A DNA stretch of 64,000 nucleotides from Parcubacteria group bacterium. Lineage in GTDB: Bacteria > Patescibacteriota > Patescibacteriia > UBA2169. The stretch's first letter is position 1. The number at the start of each line of letters is the position of its first letter. A program made the translations under genes and the position numbers. The notes below the pieces were generated by a model, which saw nothing but the letters and a program-made list of their open reading frames with translations, ran no database searches and was not told where the DNA came from. Of the stretch, positions 8,104 to 17,308 are shown one piece after another. The DNA lies in NCBI GenBank assembly GCA_016181765.1, contig JACOYR010000001.1, positions 221,414 through 285,413 on the forward strand, written 5' to 3'.

Positions 8104-10617
8104 TTACTTGGTAAGGACCCAACGATCCAGCGGCAGGAAGCTGTCTTCAGCGTAGCTCCCCGCAACGAGATAGCCATTGGTCCAGTCGTTGCTTCCGGTA
8201 CTCGGAACCGCACTGCTGTGCGCGCCAGTGTCCGAAGAGTAATCGGACCAGACGAAGTTGGCATCCGTTCCGCCAACTTTCACCACGCTGACTGGATCCG
8301 ACTCCAGATCACCCGTGACCACGAGCCCACCTTCGTCGCCGAGCATGGTCACGGAGATCACGTCAGCGTCGGACGAGGCGCCCTGGTGCGCGTTCGCGAC
8401 GTCAAACTTGAGCTGGTACTGCGGAAGGTTCCTTTCGTATACCGGCTCCTCACCCGCAAAGTCACGGGTATGGTCTCCGAACATGAGCACGACGTCTGCG
8501 TAGGACCCTGGAAAGTTGTCCAGGTTGAGCTTGGCAGTGCCACCAGCGCTCAATAGGTGTTCTTGGCTGGTGCCCCGGCCGTCGTAGATAGCGTACTCAG
8601 ACGGATCCATGAGGCTGAACCCGGATTCGATCCACTCGGGCACCCGCCGGTACAGCTTGAAGTTGTCGAGCGCAAGCTGGAAGCTCGGCGTGTCATCGGT
8701 CCAGGAAACGCGGAAGGTGATCTTCTTGTGGTAGGTGTTGATAGCCAACCCACCCCAATCGCCGCGCGCACCCACCCGCCAGTACGCTCCGACAATCTGG
8801 CTGGAGGCGCCTCCTAGAAGTGTGGTGGTCGGCAACGGGAGCCGCTCGACCATTGGGTGCCATCGCCGGACTATGACCCAGTTGCCGACAATCTCTTGGT
8901 CGGGCCCGACCAAGACCGCGCCCGACGACGCGCCGCGCGCGGTTATCGCGCTCGTCCCGTCTCCGAGCGGATCCGGCACGAGCGAGAAGCGGTGCACACT
9001 TCCAGAAAGCGCACTGGGCCAGTCGTTGATCCTGCACCTTACGGTGAACTCGGTCTGTTCCGCCTCGGGCAGATGATAGGCTCCCGCAGCGCCGAGGTTG
9101 AAGTCAAGATACTCCGTGACCTCGGTACTGCTCTGCTCCAGAACCTGCGCCGCCGCGATGGTCGGCCCCACCTGCGTGGCGCCGTTCCACAACTCGTAGT
9201 TGAAGAGCGTGGACCGAGCCGCGGACGCATCGCTCCCGAATGGAAACGTAACCGTATGCACCAGGATAAGCCGTGTCGCGTCCGCTGGCTCCCTCCATGG
9301 CGTAAGCCGGAACTTGAACATATCCTCCGAGTAAGTGCTCGCATCCACGATCCGCATCCGCGGCTGTGCCGAAGCAGGAACCGCTTCCACGACCAGGCTA
9401 CCCTGTGGCGCGGACGGGTGCGGCACTGGATTCGTCGGGCCGATTTGCTGTCCCCGGCGGACGATGAAGTCGACCTTGTCGAGCGGCGGATAGATAGTTA
9501 CCTCGCCGTCCCGAATGTCCGCGAGGCGGTCGCCAGTGTAGGCATTCACTACCTCGCCAGTTGCGACTTCCGAAAGACGAGACAGATTCCAAGTCAGTGT
9601 AGTCAATGGATCTGGGGCATGCTGAATATAGAATCGAAAGACTGATTCGTCGGACTCCATCCCGCGAATATCTCGAATGAGGTATTGATTCCCCAACATC
9701 AACAAAAACAACCTGTTCTCTCCGGGTGGAAGCGGTGGATATACTATATCCGCCGGCACCCCTTCTTCAAAATCTCTGGCGAGGATTTCATCCACCCCGT
9801 CTGTGGCAAGAGGGTGTTGGCCAAACACCTTCCAGAAGCTGTCAGTGCACGGGATGCCCTCCCTACAAAGCCGCACCTCCCAACCAGCCGATACCTCCTC
9901 ATTGTCCGGCACCTGCCGCACGCCGTCCACGATGAGCGCTATGTTGGGCACGTCTGCGGGCGGCGGCTTTGGATTCGCGCTACCGGTTCCGCCGGTCTGT
10001 ACAGACGAAGAATTGCACTTCTCACAGGTCGCGGCAACCGGGTTGCTCACGACCTTTGCGGCGGGCTCCGGCTCCGTGTAGCTCGCCAGCACGGCCTGGG
10101 GCTGTGGCGCGGGCTGCGGGGGCGGCACGTACACAGGCTGGACAAACGTTCGGCTGTCCGCGCCCACATGCCCGGCCATGTCCACCACAGAAACCGTCAG
10201 ATTGACGGCCTGCGGCGAACCAGCGGTGTTCCCGGGACACGCGTCCCAGTACCCCCAGAACCAGAGCGTGTCCGACGTGTCGGACACCGGCGACAAGCCG
10301 CGGGCGCTTACCGCCTGCGACCCGTCCGCGCACCGCACCTTGAGGGTGCAGGGATTGGCATGCCGGAGCTTGATGCCTCCGGCATCCAACGCCTTCATGC
10401 CGATGTACAGGCGGCCGGAGCCGTCCATACGGACCTCGCCGGCCGGTGTGTCATCCGCGATGACCACGACCGGTGCCGTGGTGTCCGGCGCGGCCATCTT
10501 GCCCGCGGGCCGGACATCCACCGCCGGACCCAGGGGACTGTGGTCATCATCGCCGCATCCGGCGATGATGACCACTGCGAGCGCCGCGAGCGTGGCGCAC
10601 ATACGAAAAGCCCTCAT
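8104..10617 (-). CDS. Large secreted lipoprotein, 837 aa, surface/S-layer-like C-terminus
   Basis: Lipobox VIIAG-C; Pro-rich linkers; beta-rich domains; C-terminal FVWSD..HS..DWTNGYLV; GGAGG SD. Confidence 0.75.
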   Translation of the reverse strand: MRAFRMCATLAALAVVIIAGCGDDDHSPLGPAVDVRPAGKMAAPDTTAPVVVIADDTPAGEVRMDGSGRLYIGMKALDAGGIKLRHANPCTLKVRCADGSQAVSARGLSPVSDTSDTLWFWGYWDACPGNTAGSPQAVNLTVSVVDMAGHVGADSRTFVQPVYVPPPQPAPQPQAVLASYTEPEPAAKVVSNPVAATCEKCNSSSVQTGGTGSANPKPPPADVPNIALIVDGVRQVPDNEEVSAGWEVRLCREGIPCTDSFWKVFGQHPLATDGVDEILARDFEEGVPADIVYPPLPPGENRLFLLMLGNQYLIRDIRGMESDESVFRFYIQHAPDPLTTLTWNLSRLSEVATGEVVNAYTGDRLADIRDGEVTIYPPLDKVDFIVRRGQQIGPTNPVPHPSAPQGSLVVEAVPASAQPRMRIVDASTYSEDMFKFRLTPWREPADATRLILVHTVTFPFGSDASAARSTLFNYELWNGATQVGPTIAAAQVLEQSSTEVTEYLDFNLGAAGAYHLPEAEQTEFTVRCRINDWPSALSGSVHRFSLVPDPLGDGTSAITARGASSGAVLVGPDQEIVGNWVIVRRWHPMVERLPLPTTTLLGGASSQIVGAYWRVGARGDWGGLAINTYHKKITFRVSWTDDTPSFQLALDNFKLYRRVPEWIESGFSLMDPSEYAIYDGRGTSQEHLLSAGGTAKLNLDNFPGSYADVVLMFGDHTRDFAGEEPVYERNLPQYQLKFDVANAHQGASSDADVISVTMLGDEGGLVVTGDLESDPVSVVKVGGTDANFVWSDYSSDTGAHSSAVPSTGSNDWTNGYLVAGSYAEDSFLPLDRWVLTK

Positions 10618-10798
10618 GATTATCCTCCCACGGATTGAGGGGTGAAAAACGCGAAACTACCTTATCTTTTGGCCTTTTATGGCCATTTATTGTCAAAAAT
10701 CAGTGTCTGTTTTAGACACTAAACATATCACAAAACAGGAATTCTGTCAAACAGCGACAAAAATCCTTGTTTTGTAACCAAAATTCACTATTTACTTC

Positions 10799-11110
10799 CT
10801 AAACCGGCTCTATGCCAACTCTCCGCTCAACACCTATAACGCGAGCTTTAAGGCTCGTAATATCATGGTCCTGCCTATCATCCCGGCCGACTTTCATGAT
10901 CTGCTCGTCCCGGATGGCTTGCACGTTTTTTGCCATAGCATCAACACTGTTTAATACCTTATCAAACTTTTCAGACATTTCTTCTCTTAATTGTTGCCCA
11001 AGTTCGTGTACATCAAGCTTTGTGGCAACGACTTTCGTCAACGTCTCCACATGCTCTTGGAACTGGCCCACGGTAAGCGGCTGATTTGAATCTTGATGGT
11101 TAAAATCCAT
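10799..11110 (-). CDS. Small coiled-coil hypothetical protein
   Basis: Heptad pattern, VATKLDV motif; -10 TATACT 7 nt before the ATG; similar to 34734-34997. Confidence 0.7.
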   Translation of the reverse strand: MDFNHQDSNQPLTVGQFQEHVETLTKVVATKLDVHELGQQLREEMSEKFDKVLNSVDAMAKNVQAIRDEQIMKVGRDDRQDHDITSLKARVIGVERRVGIEPV

Positions 11111-11142
11111 AACCACAAGTATAGCACGCCCGGGCCAATATA

Positions 11143-12429
11143 TCAATGCAGCAGTTCCCGCGTAATTACCTTGTACTCCTCCACATTCGGCTGGTCAAAC
11201 GCGTTGACGCGCATCAGGCGTGCGAGGAGCATGGTTTCCACCATCTTAAACTGCAAAAATTCCCCTAATGATTCTTCATCCAGGCGCTCCAGCTCAACCT
11301 CAACAAACGGGAGGCTGCGGTCCGCAAATGACCGGACCGTGCCCGTGTAAATCGCGTCCATGACTTCGCCCACTGACTTGCGGTTCAGCTCTGGAACAAT
11401 CGCGTCAAACTCCTCGTCCACGCGCGGGATGCTGATGTCTTGTTTGGCGCGGACTTTTACGAACGTGGTGAACTTATCCTCGGGCCCGCCAAGCAGGAGT
11501 TGAAATACTGAATGCAGGTCCGTTGAGCCAATAGTGACGAGCGGGGTGATGCCTGCGTGCACAATGCGGCCGGAAAGGTCGCGCTCCTTGCCCAGCGATT
11601 CCCCCACCAGCTGGCGGTACCACTTGCCGACGCGCTCCAAGTCTTGGTTGAAGATGAACGTGTTATGGATAGCCACGCCCTTTTTCATGGCATGGTGGAT
11701 GGCAACTGCTGATTGTAAAGCGGCGTTGTGCTCTTCGTCGTTTGACAAGCACCGCCGCAGGGCGCGCACTGCCCCTTTGTGCAGTTTTTTGATGTCTACC
11801 CCGGCAAGTGCCAACTGAAACAAGCCAACCGCACTGAACACGCTCCAGCGCCCCCCCACGTTTGGAGGGTTGGGCAGGGACGGGACATCCTGGGCTCGCG
11901 CCCAATGATCAAGCAAAGATTGCGGCTCCGTGGTCACCACAACTGACTCGCGCCAGTGCTTGGTCAACGACTTTAGGCAGTCAATCAAGACCCGCGCGTT
12001 CATCATGGTCTCGCTGGTGGTGCCGGATTTGCTTATGACGTTAATGAGCACCCGACCTTTCTTGCGGTAGATTGCGCGCATGCGCTGGCAGGCTTCCTTC
12101 AAGAGGCGCACATGCGCAGTATCAAAAAATGACAAGGGAACGCCCCCGGGCTTTAACGCATCATACACTGCCCACGTGCCCAAATTTGAGCCGCCAATGC
12201 CGACCACCATAACCTCATGCAGTCTACGGGATGATTTCTCGTGTGCAAGGCGGCTCACCTCGGCGCGGAGCGTTTCATCGGACGGAAGGTGCAGGCACGA
12301 CTCATTGCTTGCGTATGACGCATCAGCCGCAGCCACGCGCAACTCCTCCAGGTACCCGGAAAGCTCATGCCCGGCGCGGGCCGCGTCCCGCTCACTGATG
12401 TGCGATGTTTCTTTGTACGAAAACTTCAT
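11143..12429 (-). CDS. pgi: Glucose-6-phosphate isomerase
   Basis: GIGGSNLG, ISKSGTTSET, VGGRWSV, QLVGESLGK, DLHS, NAFDQPNVEEYK. Confidence 0.92.
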   Translation of the reverse strand: MKFSYKETSHISERDAARAGHELSGYLEELRVAAADASYASNESCLHLPSDETLRAEVSRLAHEKSSRRLHEVMVVGIGGSNLGTWAVYDALKPGGVPLSFFDTAHVRLLKEACQRMRAIYRKKGRVLINVISKSGTTSETMMNARVLIDCLKSLTKHWRESVVVTTEPQSLLDHWARAQDVPSLPNPPNVGGRWSVFSAVGLFQLALAGVDIKKLHKGAVRALRRCLSNDEEHNAALQSAVAIHHAMKKGVAIHNTFIFNQDLERVGKWYRQLVGESLGKERDLSGRIVHAGITPLVTIGSTDLHSVFQLLLGGPEDKFTTFVKVRAKQDISIPRVDEEFDAIVPELNRKSVGEVMDAIYTGTVRSFADRSLPFVEVELERLDEESLGEFLQFKMVETMLLARLMRVNAFDQPNVEEYKVITRELLH

Positions 12430-12457
12430 ACACTGCGATTATACCACAAAACAAACA

Positions 12458-12484
12458 AAAGAGCCTCCGCTATGGAGGCTCTTT
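12458..12484 (-). terminator. Terminator of hup
   Basis: aaagagcctcc-gctat-ggaggctcttt hairpin. Confidence 0.7.
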
Positions 12485-12504
12485 GCGAACAACACGATCA
12501 AGGA

Positions 12505-12786
12505 CTAAAGCACTGCGTCCTTGGCTGCCTTGGCAACGCGGAACTTAACGACTGTCTTTGCCGGAATGCTGATCGTTGCCCCGGTCGCCGGGTTGCGGCC
12601 CATGCGCGCGGCGCGGTGCACTTTCACGAGCTTGCCTACGCCCGGAAGCGTAAATTCGCCGTTTGATTTGACCTGGTGGTACGCGAGCTCAACGAGCTTG
12701 TCCATGAAATCTCCCACCTCCTTCTTGCTCATGCCTGTTTTCTCGGCAACTGCGGCAAGCGTCTGGGCTTTTGTCAGTTTTGACAT
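12505..12786 (-). CDS. hup: HU DNA-binding protein
   Basis: LPGVGKL..RAARMGRNPATGATISIPAKTVVKF. Confidence 0.93.
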   Translation of the reverse strand: MSKLTKAQTLAAVAEKTGMSKKEVGDFMDKLVELAYHQVKSNGEFTLPGVGKLVKVHRAARMGRNPATGATISIPAKTVVKFRVAKAAKDAVL

Positions 12787-12883
12787 AGGATCATTCTCCT
12801 AAATTAGTTAGTGATATGACATATAAAACTTAGCAAAAATGGGGCAAAAAGCAAACTTTTCAAAACAGAGGCTGTGGATAATA

Positions 12884-14293
12884 CTATTGATTCTTAACCC
12901 TTTTTATAGCGTATCCCTGTTCTTGATCCTGAATTTCATAGCCGCGCTTGGCTAATGTTAGCCTAATCTTGTCTGATTTTCCAAATTCTTTCATCTTTTT
13001 CAGTTTCCAGCGCTCTTCCGCACGTTCCTTGATTGATGCGGGAATGCTGCTCTGCTCGCGCGCCAAGCGCTTTGACTGTTTGATGAGATCAAGCCCGAGT
13101 GTTGCATCCGCCTGTTTGATAAAAGAGAGCAGGCTTTTTTGATCAAGGCCGGGGTCTTTGGCCGCCTCCCAGAGCACGGCAAGGGCCCGGGGAGTGTCCA
13201 GATCATCGCTCAAGCGCTGCTTGAATTTTTTGAGGTATGAATCCGCGCTTTTGCTTTTTTTGGCGGTGCGCGTGCGAGTGATTTCTTCCCAAAGATTCTG
13301 CAATGCGCGCTGTGCCGCCCCAAGGCTTTCCCACGAAAAGTGGAGCTGGGAACGATAGTGTGTGGTGAGCGCCAAGTACCGGAATGCGAGGGGCTCAAAA
13401 CCCCGCTTCTTGGCGTCCGCGAGGGTTATGAACGCCCCCTTTGACTTTGACATCTTGGCGCGGTCAATCACCAAGTATTCGTTATGCATCCAGACCTTGG
13501 CGAGGGGCTTGCCGTATGCCGCTTCTGACTGGGCAATTTCATTAGTGTGGTGCGTTCCGATGTGGTCAATGCCGCCGGTATGGATGTCAAACGGCTGGCC
13601 CAGGTATTTTGACGAGATGGCCGAGCACTCAATGTGCCAGCCCGGAAACCCGTCTCCCCAGGGCGATGCCCAGTGCATGGCGTGATTTTTGTGGCGACCA
13701 GCTCTCTTGAACCACAAGGCAAAATCAGCGGGGTGGCGTTTGTCCGGGTCTTCCACAACTTCACCACGCGCCGCAACCCGCTTTTCTTCCAAAGACTGGC
13801 CGGAAAGTTTTCCGTATGCCTTACACCGGGAAATGTCAAAATACACGGCCTGCTCGGTCTCGTAGGCATAGCCTTTTTTGAACAGCAGTTGGATGAGCTT
13901 GATCTGGTCTTTAACCGTGTCCGTGGCTCTGACGACGCGGCTGGGCTTCTTGATGTTGAGTTCCGCGCAGTCCCTGAAAAACGCATCTGCATAGAAACGC
14001 GAAACATCCCACACTGACTTTTTCTCCTTCTTTGCCTCTCTCTCCACTTTGTCTTCCCCGGAATCGGCGTCGCTGGTTAAGTGCCCCACGTCCGTGATGT
14101 TCATGACGCGCTTAACCGCAAACCCCTCAAACGCAAGCGTGCGCTCCAAAACGTCCGCGAACACGTACGAGCGCAAGTTTCCGATGTGCGCGTAGTGGTA
14201 CACCGTGGGGCCGCACGTGTACAGCCTGGCACTCCCTTTTTTGAGGGGTTTGAATGCCTGCTTTTTTCTGGTGAGCGTGTTGTAGAGTTTCAT
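12884..14293 (-). CDS. cysS: Cysteine--tRNA ligase
   Basis: MKLYNTLT start, YTCGPTVY, HIGN, GWHIECSA, KMSKS. Confidence 0.96.
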   Translation of the reverse strand: MKLYNTLTRKKQAFKPLKKGSARLYTCGPTVYHYAHIGNLRSYVFADVLERTLAFEGFAVKRVMNITDVGHLTSDADSGEDKVEREAKKEKKSVWDVSRFYADAFFRDCAELNIKKPSRVVRATDTVKDQIKLIQLLFKKGYAYETEQAVYFDISRCKAYGKLSGQSLEEKRVAARGEVVEDPDKRHPADFALWFKRAGRHKNHAMHWASPWGDGFPGWHIECSAISSKYLGQPFDIHTGGIDHIGTHHTNEIAQSEAAYGKPLAKVWMHNEYLVIDRAKMSKSKGAFITLADAKKRGFEPLAFRYLALTTHYRSQLHFSWESLGAAQRALQNLWEEITRTRTAKKSKSADSYLKKFKQRLSDDLDTPRALAVLWEAAKDPGLDQKSLLSFIKQADATLGLDLIKQSKRLAREQSSIPASIKERAEERWKLKKMKEFGKSDKIRLTLAKRGYEIQDQEQGYAIKRVKNQ

Positions 14294-14339
14294 ATATGGC
14301 TCAATGATAGCACCTTTTAGCGCCCTGCTCAACGAAAAC

Positions 14340-14368
14340 AAAAACCCAGCCGAATCGGCTGGGTTTTT
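14340..14368. terminator. Intrinsic terminator
   Basis: aaaaacccagccg-aat-cggctgggttttt. Confidence 0.8.
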
Positions 14369-14387
14369 GTTTTCGGTTTCAATGCAG

Positions 14388-14564
14388 TTACATCGCGGCT
14401 TCGGAACCTTCGGAATCGCCTGCCTCTTCTGAACCGCCGCCTGCTTCCGCCTCAAGATCCGAGTCTTCGGATCCTTCATCCCCATCTTGGGGAGCCATGG
14501 GCGCTGCGGGAACTTGGGCCTCGTCGCTGCCCGCGTCCGGCATGAGCGTAGTTTCGTCTTGCAT
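14388..14564 (-). CDS. 58-aa highly acidic small protein (absent from the ORF track)
   Basis: MQDETTLMPDAGSDEAQVPAAPMAPQDGDEGSEDSDLEAEAGGGSEEAGDSEGSEAAM; sits between a consensus promoter and a terminator. Confidence 0.65.
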   Translation of the reverse strand: MQDETTLMPDAGSDEAQVPAAPMAPQDGDEGSEDSDLEAEAGGGSEEAGDSEGSEAAM

Positions 14565-14628
14565 AATGCATTTTGCTTACTGCTAAAAAATCCGAACACG
14601 CATATCTAGGGTTCGGATTGTATTCGTA

Positions 14629-14656
14629 ATTATAGCACACGCCCCTCTATTGTCAA
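14629..14656 (-). promoter_or_regulatory. Consensus sigma70 promoter
   Basis: TTGACA (14651-14656), 16 nt, TGc-TATAAT (14629-14634). Confidence 0.75.
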
Positions 14657-16632
14657 GCTGTGGCGCTTGAAAAGTTGTTGATGACGAACGAGGCAATGCC
14701 CCATGCCGCAAATATAACAAAGAGCCCGATGACCCCGGCTATGATGGCCTGCTTGCCGGACGCGGTCTGGTCCTCGTTGCCTGCGGCTGTCATCATTCTG
14801 AACCCGCCGAAGATGATGAAAATGACTGCGATAACTCCTAAAAATCCGAGGACAATATTGATGATGGCCGCGATTGAGCCCTTGAGGTCATTAGACTGCC
14901 CGATACCCACCCGCGAGAACGTGCTCGCGAGCCCGTAGTTGGAAGCGCGCGGATCAAGCGGGGTGCTGATTGCGGTGTCGGCGCCGATGTTGCCGCCGCC
15001 GACACCGCAATCAGCGGATGAAGCCCGGCACTGGTTGCCGCACCACACAAATCCGAATGACGTGCATGAGGATTCGTTAGTGCATAGCGAAGGCGCGGTT
15101 GCACAAGAATCACCCGCGCTTTCTTGTTGAATCACCACATTTCGCTGAAAGCTCTCTTCCTGGGCAGGGCTTGAGCCGTCACTCACGGTCGCTACCACAT
15201 CAAACGTCCCGTATGCGCTAAATGAGTATTCGCACTCCAAAGTGGTTGCGGTTGAGGTGCACGGCGCGGTGGTCCGGTTAGCCGGGGAAAGCTGGATTTG
15301 GTACGGAGGCGTGCCGTTTGAGGCAGTGGCGCGGAACACGTACGTCTGCGGAGCAGGAGGAGCGAGCCCGGTGCCAATCTGGATGGTGAGTGATTTGTTG
15401 TTTGACTCAACCAAAGTGACGAGGAGCGGCGATGGTGCGGACGCAATGTTCAGGGTCGGAGAGAACGGGGTGGTGCCCGCGGGCGCGTTCGTGTTGATAA
15501 TGCTATGGGTGATGGCGTCGGTCTGGGTGCGGAACGTGGCATCAATCACCGTAAGGTAAATGTTCTTAAGTCCGCTCCTCCTAAACTGGGCATCCAGCTG
15601 GCTGGTGCGGCCAAAGGTCGCCACTTCGTAGGTAATGAAGTCATTAGGCTGCTCATCAGTGGGCACGTCATTGGGGTAGTTCCAGATGTAGGTGAACGGC
15701 GGCACCCCGCCATCAACAGCGGCATCGGCGCTGTAGTTGACTGAACCGAACGTGAACGGTTCAGCCTGGCCGGAATAGACGCCCGGAGCTGTAGCGCTCG
15801 TCACGTCAACCGAAAACGCGGCATCTCCGACCGTTGCTGGATTGTCGGTTGCAAAAAACACGTACGAGCTTGTGTCATACACCGGAATGTAACCGCCTCC
15901 AACCGCATTGGATTGGTTCGCCCGCAGGGTAATCTCATACCACCCTGGCACGGGGATGATAACAGAGAACGCACCGGCCGCATCGCTCGTGACGCTCACG
16001 CTATCGGCTTTCACCTCGGTTCGCGACGAGTCCGCAACGCGCCACTGGAATGTCTGCTCCGCCGTCCAGAAACCGGAGTTGATGCCCCGGACCGAGGCAT
16101 TGGCTCGGAAGTCAATCTGCGAACCGGTTGCGTAGGGCCCAGGCCCGTCAACCCTGGTGACGTTCGCGAATGGCCACGTATCCCGCACACCGGCCTTTTC
16201 CGCGAGGGTCAGGGAATTATAATTATCCGGCAGCCTAAGCGGCTTGACGTCAATGTCAAACGGGTACTGGGCCGCGGGCTGGACGCCGGTGCTCGCGTAG
16301 AGCCGCAGCACGGGCCGAATGACGGCTGTTGATGCAAACTGCTTGTCATAGAGGTGCGTTGCCCTGCCATTATTGCCGACATCGCCAATGGCGGATTCAC
16401 CGTCTCCAAAGTCCCACACATAGATAAGCCCGGCCGCGTCAGCTACGTTCGCGGTAAAAGTGACCGGCTCGCGCGCATACACTGCATTCGGGGCCGGAGT
16501 GTATGAGACCGAAGTAATGGCAGGAGCCGCGGAAACTGCGGGCGCAAAAAAAACGTTCCCGAAAAAGAACGGCGCGCTCACCAGGGCCGATGAAACCAAC
16601 CTGACTAATAGCCTGATCCCGCGATGAATCAT
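14653..16632 (-). CDS. PKD/Ig-like domain surface protein with C-terminal VirB2/TrbC-like (CPR) pilin domain
   Basis: Signal peptide; YVWDFGDG PKD motif; GG.PPF/Y repeats; Cys-rich spacer; IINIVLGFLGVIAVIFIIFGGFRMMTAAGNEDQ...GKQAII pilin signature. Confidence 0.8.
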   Translation of the reverse strand: MIHRGIRLLVRLVSSALVSAPFFFGNVFFAPAVSAAPAITSVSYTPAPNAVYAREPVTFTANVADAAGLIYVWDFGDGESAIGDVGNNGRATHLYDKQFASTAVIRPVLRLYASTGVQPAAQYPFDIDVKPLRLPDNYNSLTLAEKAGVRDTWPFANVTRVDGPGPYATGSQIDFRANASVRGINSGFWTAEQTFQWRVADSSRTEVKADSVSVTSDAAGAFSVIIPVPGWYEITLRANQSNAVGGGYIPVYDTSSYVFFATDNPATVGDAAFSVDVTSATAPGVYSGQAEPFTFGSVNYSADAAVDGGVPPFTYIWNYPNDVPTDEQPNDFITYEVATFGRTSQLDAQFRRSGLKNIYLTVIDATFRTQTDAITHSIINTNAPAGTTPFSPTLNIASAPSPLLVTLVESNNKSLTIQIGTGLAPPAPQTYVFRATASNGTPPYQIQLSPANRTTAPCTSTATTLECEYSFSAYGTFDVVATVSDGSSPAQEESFQRNVVIQQESAGDSCATAPSLCTNESSCTSFGFVWCGNQCRASSADCGVGGGNIGADTAISTPLDPRASNYGLASTFSRVGIGQSNDLKGSIAAIINIVLGFLGVIAVIFIIFGGFRMMTAAGNEDQTASGKQAIIAGVIGLFVIFAAWGIASFVINNFSSATA

Positions 16633-16708
16633 CAATAGTTATACAACAGTATGCTCTTCCTACTATACCAAAAATCGGCTTGAGTGCGCAATGCCGCATG
16701 CAAAAAGT

Positions 16709-17206
16709 TCACCGCGCTTTCATCTTAATCATGAGCCAGTTCTTTTTTTCTCCTCCGAATGCAGTGCGCACCAGGGCGTACGGCCCTTTGAGCTTCTTGC
16801 CCGCGAACACGACTTCTATCTGGCCCTGTGCGGCCGCACTCTTTATAGGCATCTCGCTGCCGTCTTTTTTCTGCTTGATGTTTTGGTACGTGCCCGTGTC
16901 CCAGATGGTGACCGTGCCTGCGCCATACTCCCCCTGCGGAATCTCGCCTTCAAAACTGCCATACTCCATGGGGTGGTCTTCGGTCGCAACCGCCAGGCGC
17001 TTGTCCGACGGATTTAATGGCGGGCCTTTGGGCACTGCCCAGGATTTGAGCACCCCGCCAATTTCCAATCGCACGTCATAGTGCAGTGCGCGCGCGTGGT
17101 GCTCGTGCACCACAAAGACGGGATCCTTTGATGAATGTTTTTTTGATGAGCCGACAGGCTCGCTGGTTTTCTTGAAATCGCGCTTTGCTTTGTACTCCTT
17201 GAGCAT
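16709..17206 (-). CDS. Stand-alone LigD 3'-phosphoesterase domain protein
   Basis: YKAKRDFKKTSEP, FVVHEHHARALHYDVRLE, LKSWAVPKGP, TEDHP.EYG.FEG.IP.GEYGAG.V.IWD.G. Confidence 0.9.
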   Translation of the reverse strand: MLKEYKAKRDFKKTSEPVGSSKKHSSKDPVFVVHEHHARALHYDVRLEIGGVLKSWAVPKGPPLNPSDKRLAVATEDHPMEYGSFEGEIPQGEYGAGTVTIWDTGTYQNIKQKKDGSEMPIKSAAAQGQIEVVFAGKKLKGPYALVRTAFGGEKKNWLMIKMKAR

Positions 17207-17308
17207 GCGTTCATTTTAACAAAAAAAGGCGGGGAGCAGTAGGATGCATGTCAATACTCCAAGCGCCTTGACATTTTTTAAAAAATGGGCAATAATTAAC
17301 AATTATTT

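Noticed and set aside
14294-14599. 102-aa N-terminal extension of CysS in the ORF track
   Set aside because: It runs through a terminator and another ORF; the canonical MKLYNTLT start at 14293 has its own -10 element.
8104-16632. Diversity-generating retroelement targeting the surface proteins
   Set aside because: No reverse transcriptase and no template/variable repeat pair seen in this window.
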